The notes beneath the pieces are model-generated. The model was not told the origin of the DNA. It was given only the letters and a program-made list of their open reading frames with translations, and made no database searches. From assembly GCA_965153455.1 (NCBI GenBank), contig OZ234493.1, positions 23,612,213 to 23,676,212 on the forward strand: DNA of 64,000 nt, read 5' to 3'. This DNA is from Sphagnum compactum. Its lineage: Eukaryota. How positions within the stretch are numbered: position 1 is the stretch's first letter; each line of letters opens with the position of its first letter. This document shows, in pieces, positions 54,054-64,000 of this stretch. A program made the translations under genes and the position numbers.

Positions 54054-55958
54054 TAGTAACTTCCCGCCTAAGTACGCAACTTGAACCTGGGAGGATTGTG
54101 CGTACTTAGCCAATAGGCGCACACTTTAGATGAATCACTTCCTAATCGCTTGATTCGGCTGTAATGTCGAAGAAACCGAACGAAAAACACCTCAATGAGT
54201 CCCAGCGATGCGAGATCATAGCGAAGCTGAACAAGACGGATGCTCCCAGTAAAAGGGCTATAGCGCGCGAGTATGATGTTAGTGAAGGAGCTATCAGAAA
54301 AGTGTGGGACAAGCGGGAGCAAATCCTAGAGCGATATGCCTTGATGTCTGATGAAGCTAAAGAGAAGACTTTTCGATCCTCTGTTGGTCGTTTCACTGAG
54401 CTTGAAGGCATGCTTTACATCTAGATTGACAACATGTGTCGTGTCAATCTTCTTGTCCCGCCATCTCTCGCCATCCCCAAGCTTAAAGTATTGCATCGAG
54501 TTTATCGATTCCGAAAACGGACTTCAAGGCATCCTAGCAATGGCTAAGTCGATTCAGAGTGCGCCGAGGGTTGCAAAAGATGCTGCTTCACGGAGAGGGA
54601 GCTGAAGTCAACAAATCCTATCCTAGATTGCTGGTAGCTTTAGACGACCTCTACGCGATTATTACCCAATATGATGCTGAAAACGTTTACAATATGGACG
54701 AGACCGGCCTGTTGTTTCGTCTATTACCGAGATACAACCTTCTAATGCCAAATGAGGACATATCAACCATTAGAAGGAAGAAAAAATCCAAAGATCGGGT
54801 TTCTCTTATCGTGTGCGCCAACACTGTGGGAACTCATAAAATTCCTTGCGCATTGATCGGCAAACCAAAAGCACCTGCCTGTATCAAGGACCACTAATGG
54901 CCTGTTCCATATTTCAATCAAGCTAAAGCTTAGATGGACGTGGAAACGTGCTGGAAGTGGTTCAACGAAGTGTTTCTTCCAGAAGTGAAAAAACGAACCA
55001 GACGTCGGGTTCTTTTACTGTTGGATAATGCCCCAGGATGCTTTGAAGCTTTTGAATGCGACAATGTTAGGATCATTTTTTTTCCCCCAAATTGCACAAG
55101 TTGGAAATAGGCCTGCGATATGGGCATAATCGTAGCTCTGAAGAAGAGGTTCAAATATCTCTATTTCAAGGATGTTCTTGACTTCTATGATTTAGATGAG
55201 GAGGCGAAGCTTCGAAAGAAAATGCAGGGGCGGAGATTACGACGCGGTGCTGCTAGAGTTGCATACGGAAATCTAGCTCACCTGCTCGATGCCGCGAGTT
55301 ATGTCAAAGAAGCTTGGCAATCCATGTCACCAAGCTCTATCAAAAATGCATTTATCAAGGCGGAAATAATGACATTAAAAGCCGATCAAGAAGCAGTGAA
55401 CGAGATCGAGGATTTAGGGACCGAAGTTGCACAAGCTATCGCAGCTTTAAATCTTTCTGTTGGGCAAGACGAGCTTGAAGAATTTGTTCATGTCGACGAT
55501 GAAAACAGTGAAGAATTCGCAGCTGCACTTTTGGAAGACGTTGAAGAGCTTTTGGAGACGATGAAGATTGCTGAAGAGAATTTGGACGATGACAATAATG
55601 ATGACATTCTTACCTCTCAAGCGTTAGATTCGGGGTTTAGGAAACACCGTTGTATTTAAAGGATTTGAGTCACTTTATAAGCAAGTTGTTGATATAGAGG
55701 ATCAGTTGTTCTGCTCCGAAGTTCGAGAAGAGGCTAAGGAAACATTCGATGATCTTAGAAAGTTGTTTGAATCGTTTCAAAGTAAGGTCTGGGCTGTCAC
55801 CTTGAAAGCCAAACATAAGAATCTTCAAAACTTGCGCCAAATGACAATCCATGACATGTTGAACTAAATAAATCTGAACCCTATTTTTTTGGGAAAGTAA
55901 TGCGTACTTTACCGGGATGCGTACTTAAACGGGTGTGTACTTAGGCGGGAGGCTACTG
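54054..55958 (+). mobile_element. Full-length pogo/Tigger-like Tc1/mariner-superfamily transposon (1905 bp)
   Basis: 24-bp TIR tagtaacttcccgcctaagtacgc vs rc cagtagcctcccgcctaagtacac (4 transitions); TA TSD at 54052-54053 and 55959-55960; subterminal GCGTACTT repeats. Confidence 0.93.
54164..55867 (+). pseudogene. pogo-type DD30D transposase pseudogene (CENP-B-like HTH plus DDE_1)
   Basis: HTH 'KRAIAREYDVSEGAIRKVW', 'FKAS*QWLSRF', 'LHGEGAEV', 'YNMDETGLLFRLLP', 'LLLLDNAPG' then 30 residues then 'DMGII'; acidic tail; C-terminal 'RQMTIHDML'; five premature stops plus frameshifts. Confidence 0.92.
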
Positions 55959-58900
55959 TAATGTAAGGTTAATAATTTTCCAAAATTATGGCATTTTTGA
56001 AAATAATATAATTTGTGCCAAAGTTTTTCATGTACTATGATAAACACAACATACAATAACATAGGCTTTTTCTTTTTTTTCTTTTTTAAAAACAACATTA
56101 TGGAAGTGGATTGGTTCAATCAAAGAAAAAAAGAAAAAAGGGAAAAGGGCAAATGATAAGCATGAGGAAAGAAAGAGGGAAAATGTAGGTACGCAGGGAA
56201 GAAGAAAAGGTTATAGGAATGATCTTGCAAAGCTTCTTTCATTGTGGTCTTGTGATATGTCCCATGTTGCTCCACTTTGTATAAAGCTTGTCTACAAATG
56301 TAATTGGTGATTTTGTCATCTTACAAATCTTTGCATTGTTGAAAGCCCCAAGAACAACATGTTTCATGTGAGTTTCACACTAGTTACTCCTTACCCTCTT
56401 CATCTTGTTGCATTCCCCTTTCTTGTGAACATTTTGCAACTTTTATTTTGGTCTTGCAAAGTAGGGTTTAAGGTTTAGAGCAAATTCCTCCATGTTATTT
56501 TTCATCTATAATTTTGCAAGTCTAAATGGAAGTGTTGTGATCATCTCGCAACTTTTTATCATTCTTACAATCTTCATCAACAAGTTGTTTCAAATACACT
56601 TCCTCTTGTCACCTTGTTGTGATCTCACCTTGTTGTTTGAAAACCCATAGCCACTAATGAAAAGTTGAAGATGTGCAATATCCTTATTTTTTTTACAAAC
56701 CATAATCTCCAAGGATAGTGGGCAATGCAATACCCTTATAAAGGTATATTGCACTATGATTTATGTTTACGTGGTGTTTTACACAACAATATGTAATTGC
56801 AAAAACTTTGGCATGTGTGCAAGTGTAAATCGTCTTACACACTTTTACATGACATGTAAAACAACTATTTACAATTACACACAAAACAAATTGGTACTAA
56901 CCTAATTAATTTAGGTCCAAATGAATGTGGAAGGGCAACACATAATGACATGTTGCCCAAAGCTCATTCTACCCCCTTCCCTTTTACAATCACAACTTAC
57001 CAGTAGTATTATTTTACATTAGATAATTTGCCCCAACATTACAAATGTGTAAAATATTGATTCATTGCATCTATTTGTCCTTTGAACTAGAAACTTAAAG
57101 TTACCTTATGACTCACTACAAAAATGAAAACTAAATCAATCCGTAAATAATCAAAATTGTTTCATTGTAGTTCCTTGCTAGATTTTAGAACTTTTGGGTT
57201 CATACAATATAAACATATAATGTTATTTGAGGCATATTAAGTTTTAAGATGAAAATATCAAGACATTGAACATATTATTAAATGTTCAAGGATGCCCTTT
57301 ATATGCATTAAACACATGGATGAATAAAATACATGGACACATTTTTTCCCTTGAATGAATACATGCACCTATATTATATCTTATGTAGGTGAGATATTGA
57401 AGAATATTTTGATTGCACACCCTTAGTACTTAGTACAATGCCAATATTTTAAATTTTCTAAAAGGTACCTACAATTTAATAGTACACAAAATATTATGCC
57501 TACATGACATTAATGCACACACAAAATAAAAACAAATATAGGAACATAAATTGCATTGAGAAAACTTCAAAACATTTTTGCTTTGATGAATTTATCCAAA
57601 TCTATTTTATAATGCTTAAATTTCGTCAACACACTCCCATCAACATTGTTAGGTTGGCAGTTGGCACCTTAATATAAACATTATGAACTTGTTATCAACA
57701 AAAAATCTCTTGAACACTCATTCAACTTGCCCTATGTATTTGAAAGGAAATGGATGGAATTTCCTTCATTAAATATTCAACATAAGTTTATGATGTTTTC
57801 ATAGATTTTTCATTTTGAGCCAAATGGACACACCATGGCATGTTTAGATCAATGTTGGGCACATATGATCCATTTCAACATATTAATTACCTAGGTACTA
57901 GTATATATTAAGATTTTTTCAATTTGGACATTGGGTATGAACATGAGTATTCAAATCCTCTTGAAATGAACATATCAAGTGGGTTTATATAAGAATCTAC
58001 ATGTACCCATGTTATTGTGAAAATGGTTGATTGTCACCATGGATCCAAGGCAATCACTTAGTTTTCAATTCTGTGATGGAGCCAAAGTGATGAGAATTCC
58101 AAAAAAAAATTGCATTAAATGGTGACACATTTGTAGAGACCATTAAAACGAAAGCCATTTGACACAAGACAAGGTATGATTAGAAAATAAGCAAAAATCA
58201 GTCATCCAGTTTATTAACACAAACCGGTAATTTTGAAAAGTTTGACTAAACTTGACATGTGCATCCTCAAAAGCACAAAAAAAAATTCACACATGATATA
58301 AGCATATAGGAGTATTTCATATGAGGAAGCTCTGGATATCCAAAAGTGCAATGGTAGTGTCAATGGAGGCAAACAACAAGAATGTCTTGGATTTTTCATA
58401 AAATTATACCAGTCAGTTCTGGTTCTACATACTAAGGTGTATATCTAGGTACATACCTGCCAAAACCCCATATAGCAAATTACACTACTTCAGATCCCCC
58501 TATATGTCTTCATACCCATGCTCTTAAGAAGGCATAATAGCCCATGGTGAAAATGGTGACAAAATTTTAGGCAACTAATTAGAAGGCTTCACACATGCAT
58601 GAGGAAGGGACGGATGGGATTTTGTATTTTTTGTTTGTTCCCAATGTGTAGGAATCAAGCTCCCCAAGATGTTCCCATTAACACCCCAATTTTCTCCCAT
58701 ATTGTTTGGATATAGTTCAACTTTCATGTACATAACGTGTAAAGGAAGGGCCAAAGCAAAGCATGACTATACTTGTATTTTCGGGAATGGGGGTTAAAGG
58801 GTGCTTCTTTGGAGATTGCCCAACGTACCCCAAAAAATTGGTGATGGACCAATCAATGTGGCTCCTTCGAAAAAAGAAAAAAAGAAAAAAAACAACATTG

Positions 58901-59957
58901 TGGGGGCACCCATGAACTAATTAATAGAAGGAACAATTTACACCTATCTGTCATGCAGCAATGAAAACAATTTTCAGTCATGCTAGCTCTAGTTGACATG
59001 TATTCAATATTGCATGTATAAGGGGATAATCGTAATTGATACCTATGGTTTTTAATTATAAAAAATCTCATTTTAAGCCCCTGATATATTAATTTTATGG
59101 ATGTGAACTATTACATTCTTGGCTTACAATTGTGAATCATAGAATGAATCCACATTTACGGAAAAATCATTTATATTCATGAATTCAGAGATTATCTCGT
59201 GACAATAAGCATGAAAATTTTCAATTTCACATATTTGAAGTATGGAGGACTAAACAATTTCATTGTTGTTTCATTTTATGGTAAGCCAAGAAAGGTAGAT
59301 GTTGAACAACCACATCATTTTGAAATTTTGTATTCATAACATAGGTGCATAATATATATTACCCCAGATTCATGCTAGCCATTGTTGTTCATCCATCATG
59401 CCATCATTCATCTACACCCGTGTGACATAAGCATGTCACCCCCACATTCGTTGTCACCTTGATATTAACTATTGATAGGTTTCATTGAAACATTTAAGAT
59501 AAAACTCAAAACTTATAGTAGTACCGTCATACATGAAATTCTTGAACAATATAGTAGTACAATTCTTGAACCCTAAAGTTCAATGATTCATTATTATATG
59601 GGTTACTAATATTAAATTCTCATAATCTACCAAAGGTGTTGGATCCAACGTCTAGTAAGTAATCACGACTCGACTCCTTAAAATGGCAGAAAAACTCAAA
59701 ATCTCTCGAGATGACACTAGTTTTGAGCCCCCAATTCCAATATTGCTACCGCCATGGTGCCTATGTCCAAGAACCTCAGGAGACTTGAGCAAAGGTGCTT
59801 TCCCCTAAAACATACAATAGCTCCATTGCTCATGCTCAAACAGACTTGACTCAATTTGTCACAAGTAATTGTTCCCCAAACTCATTTGTTCCCCACATGC
59901 AACCAAGCATCCTCCCTGACATAAGCTCTTCATGTGTTTTAATTTTCCTTTTAAAAC

Positions 59958-60234
59958 CAGTGTTGAGTGGTTAGTTTATTTTAAAATAGTACTATACAGT
60001 TTTTTTTTTATAACATCAAAATCAATGAACCTCCAGTTTTGGTTTCTTTAAAAAAAATCTCAAAGAACTGGTGGTTTCACAAAATAACAGCAAGAACTTC
60101 CAGTTGTGTAGAAGGTTATTTGACCAGTTCTTAGATTTCCAAGAACTGCAGTTGTATATCAGAACCAGTGGTTTGAGGACTGCCCTAAGAACCTCTGGTC
60201 ATCAAGTTCCTTGTATGATAATCGCCCAACACTG
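59958..60234. mobile_element. hAT-type MITE with GAACC/GGTTC repeats
   Basis: TIR cagtgttgagtggtta / rc cagtgttgggcgatta; 8-bp TSD TTTAAAAC (59950-59957) / TTTTAAAC (60235-60242), one mismatch. Confidence 0.75.
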
Positions 60235-60299
60235 TTTTAAACATTCAGCTCTCTACCGAAAAATTGACACTTACGTTAGGTGCCCATAGTTATGATCCA

Positions 60300-60785
60300 T
60301 ATTAATTAGTTGAGGGTGCCTTCCTTAATTTAGTTCAGAAGGATTTTTTTGCAATGAGGATTTTTGATTGGCCCATCACAAAAAGGTTCTTAAAATTTGG
60401 AGGCTCCCCAACCATAGAAGTATTCACTCCAAACATATATACATACGAGTCCCAATATTCAGCCTACTATATCCAAGAAGACAAGTTGTTGGGCATATGG
60501 GACAAAGTGAGGTGCTATTGTAACCATGTTGGAGAACACATTGAGAGCTTGGAGAACATGTTGATAACCCACTGGGAACCTGGTTTGGGGGACAAAATGA
60601 GAATTTGGTGAGAATAAATTGGGAACAACAAAATCCAAAAAACTTCGCCCCAACCCCCACCCACCAAGAGGTCATTGGGTGCATGCTGTAAATCCTCATT
60701 GGCTCAGCAGAATTTCTAGTCTTAACTGAATTCATCACCTATTTTAGCCTATGCTATTGGCAAGGGCATGAATTGTGGGGACTTA
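60300..60785 (+). repeat. Dispersed repeat, copy related to 745-1240
   Basis: Colinear similarity to 745-1240 across the whole length. Confidence 0.8.
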
Positions 60786-60928
60786 GTTAGTAAGTAGGTG
60801 TCTCAAGTTTCAGCACCAGGGTCCACATTACTCTACACCAGTCCACCTATTCAGCCAGCAACCACGGTAGCAAGGAACAGTTATAGCCTATAGGAGCAGA
60901 GAACCTATGATTCAGCAAAGATGATATC

Positions 60929-61670
60929 TGATTTTGCACGTAGTGAAGTGGGCCCAAACAAATATCAACTCATGAGATGTTTTAATGAAAGATTCAAGTT
61001 TCTTATCAGTTATCGGATGACAAAACATCAAGACACATTATATGGTTTCATGTTTCCACCCTTGAATTCACTGGGGGCACCTACACTGGCACCATGGTAA
61101 AAATCTCAAAACAAGTGGCCCATGGCATAAATGGCTCAGCCCTTTAAATGACATCCTTAAGGATCACACAACTATTTGACATATTAAATTGGAAACACAT
61201 TGTGCTTAGCATGGTGAACCCCAAGCCTATCCTTGGTTATGCTGAAAATGTTTTGAAGGGCATTCTAAATGACCCTAGAATGTAAGGATACCAAACTTTA
61301 GCCCATTTCTGGGCGAATCCCAATGTCCCTACCCTGAAGAGCAAAGTGAATAAAATTGCAAATCATTTTCATTTGGTGTGTTAGTTTCACCTTCTTTAAA
61401 CCTTGAGTTCTTTTACCCGAAAAGTTAGACTTTTATAAGGAGCTCACCCATGCACACTAGCTGTGTCAACACCTCGGTCCACATGATTTTGCACGTTGTG
61501 AAGTGGGCCCAAGAAACATCAAGTCATGCAACAAATTAACACTAAGTTTCAACTTCCTTTATCAGTTATCGGATGACAAAACATCGTCACATGATTTGGT
61601 CTCAACTTTCGGCCTTGGGGTGCACATGCACCCTACACTGGAATCATGGTTAAAAAGAAATCCCAAACTA
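60929..61670 (+). repeat. Pair of diverged direct repeats of about 180 bp (60929-61110 and 61484-61670)
   Basis: Shared tgattttgcacgt.gtgaagtgggcccaa, exact 27-mer ttatcagttatcggatgacaaaacatc and cctacactgg..catggt; offset about 555 bp. Confidence 0.85.
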
Positions 61671-61999
61671 TTTTTGGGTTGCTTCTAAACACTATATACG
61701 TATATCTCATTGAAAGACTAAAATTGAGTCCAAATTAAACATTTCTGGGTTAAATATAGGCACTAAGGAGACCTCACTCACTCAAGAAGGGGGAGGAACC
61801 AGTGTAAGTGCTTTGGCCCAACTTTCCCTATCAATTTTCAAATGACCAAAACTTTCTTTTTTCCATCATGGTTGTTTGCGGGTTGAACAACAGATGCTAT
61901 TTTTACCCAATTTGAACAGCTACATAATGCAAACAAAAATAGAGATCTGACAGGTATGACCCGAAATTCGTGCACACGGAGCACTTTTCTAGCTGCCCC

Positions 62000-64000
62000 C
62001 GGCACATGGGATTATTAATGCATTCTTTCTCCTAAAGGGGAGCTTATCTGTTGGCAGGCTAATCTTAAGACCGACTTTTACAAGTAAACAAGGACGCCAA
62101 GCTCTTCAAATTAGGATTCTCAACTTAAAACCCTTAAGAAACCCACGTTCTGGAAAATTGTAGGCCACACTAACTTAGAGAGGAAAACTGGAGAGAGAGA
62201 GAGAGAGAGAGCAGACAATTGGACGGATGCAGCAATTGTATAGAAGACTCTATTGAACCGGGACCTTATTGCCTCCCTGACACGGGTGGACCAGAGTGAA
62301 GCAGCACCTACTACACTAGTACCTTCACCTTCTTCAGAAGAAACCCCGAGAAGGGGAGGGAGGCAGCAGCCCCATCAAACATTAAAGAAATCCAAGAATT
62401 ACAAGGGGGGCAAGAAGCACCACACGATGGTGACGCAATCAACCCCAAAGATGCCTAAGTGGCACCATTCCGCCTTAAAGGCTTGCTCAATCCTATCTTG
62501 AATACTAGGGTCCCGGGAGGATCGAAGGAATTAATGGCCTTCCAAGTGGCCATTCCAACCTCAACGATAGCAACCCAGGCTTGTTGAAGGATTTTCCTAG
62601 AGGAATACTGGTTATCAAAATGCTTCCGGCATCTCTCTGTCCAAAAAGCCAAAGTGATGCGTTTGAGTAAAATTGAAAAGCACATAATGAAAGTCGAAGA
62701 CCACAACTGCGAAGGATGTCAAGCGGTTGTCTGATGTAGGAGAAGCCTCCTACATGATACCCTTGGACTCCAGGGGGGTCATCTTCTCTCTCGAAGACAG
62801 CTTCACCAAGCATGACGAAAGGCCAGGAAAGAATGATGTCATTGGGCGCTCCCCATTTTTGCCATATGTGATAGAAGGCCTCCCAAGCCCGTTTGGCGCG
62901 GGGACACTCGAGGAGACAGTGTTGAGGGGATTCAGGGGCCTCCTCAGTGCAAACCTTGCACGTGGGGAGGATCCCCATGCATTGTAGCCATGTGCCAACC
63001 GGGAGACCCCGGTTTAAAGTGAGCCATATGAGAGTGCCGACCTTCCGGGGTCGGGCGTTATGCCAGATTCTGGCAATAACTTGCGTAACGATGGAGTTTT
63101 GCAGGTTTAACCTTTGAATGAAGGAGCAGATGTTGGCGCTATGGGTGGGTTTCCTTGCATTTCGGTAGCCCCGCTTTACGGAATAGCCGAAAAAAGGAGA
63201 GTCGCCCATTTGTGAGGAGGCTTGCCAGTGCCACTCTCCCGGGTCCGAGGGAAGCCCATCAATGAAACCGGATTCGAAAATCCAAAGTATGGGAAGCTTG
63301 GTGAGTGATGGGAACTCTCTGGCAACTTTATATGGGGCTCCGTGTCTTTCTCGAAAGAGGACCCTGATTGGGTGATAACCTTCAGGGGAAAGGGTTATCA
63401 CTTGGGAGTTCGTAGCTCTAATGAGACCAGTGGGGGTAACCCTCTGGAATTCATTGGCTTGCACCGTGTTGGGGGTGACCCCGGTTACATGGTATATCCA
63501 TTCTAGAGTGGTGTTGTTTCCGGAGTTTCTTTTGCTGATCCAGTCCCCTACCTGAAAGCGGTTAGTGTAAGTTGCAGGATTCCATGGGATGCTCGCTATG
63601 ATGATTTCTCTGTTGTTTCTGTTGGTGGCGTGGTAGGTCAACCGAAGGGCTTGGAGGCTTTTCCATGCCCTGCCCTCCTGGTCCCAAAGATCTTTGATTC
63701 AAGTGCAGCCAGAATTGGCAATGGCTCGTCCTTCATTGCGACCACTCACTCCCAGAGGGTGACCAGTCATGTTGAGGATGAGAGGGTTGTTGAAAATAGG
63801 TTGTCTGAGAACCTCCGCATAGGATGCGGGTTCGGACTTTGCTAGACCAACTCTTACGTTGAGCCAAGAGCCAAGGATGCTCTTCCAAAATGAGCATTTC
63901 AATTTTTTGAGCTTGGGGGCGGCAAAAAGCCAATTTATATCCGGGATGCTTGGCCCTTTGCCGTGCACCGGGAGATGGACTTGATCTGCTCGATGCCTTA
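62000..64000 (-). mobile_element. 3' part of an L1-clade LINE (ORF2 C-terminus with zf-RVT), running off the window
   Basis: ORF 62505-63641 with 'KVGTLIWL..GLPVGTWL..CKVC..ESPQHCLLECPRAKRAW' (CCHC); GC-rich and little decayed; frameshifts near 63640-63700 and 62710; (CT)n in the putative 3' UTR at about 62191-62211. Confidence 0.88.

Overview
Eukaryotic, AT-rich, transposon-littered plant DNA. The repeat landscape and gene style suggest a bryophyte such as a moss, but that is inference. Only one intact host gene is visible: a two-exon GRAS-family transcription factor on the minus strand (join 20491-19142, 18058-17348; about 686 aa). The rest is nested mobile-element debris: a Ty3/Gypsy-type solo LTR with 5-bp TSD, a fragmented Gypsy element carrying three secondary insertions, two decayed hAT transposases, several MITEs with readable TIRs/TSDs, a CACTA-like element, LINE remnants, a PIF1-like remnant and a full-length pogo/Tigger-like DD30D transposon. 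Two decayed enzyme genes with no visible introns sit in the repeat desert: a protein kinase bracketed by Helitron-like ends (about 49.8-52.75 kb) and an FCP1/NIF-like HAD phosphatase split by a MITE with a 4-bp TSD. No CRISPR, rRNA or tRNA genes were seen. Family assignments come from motif recognition by eye, with no database search.
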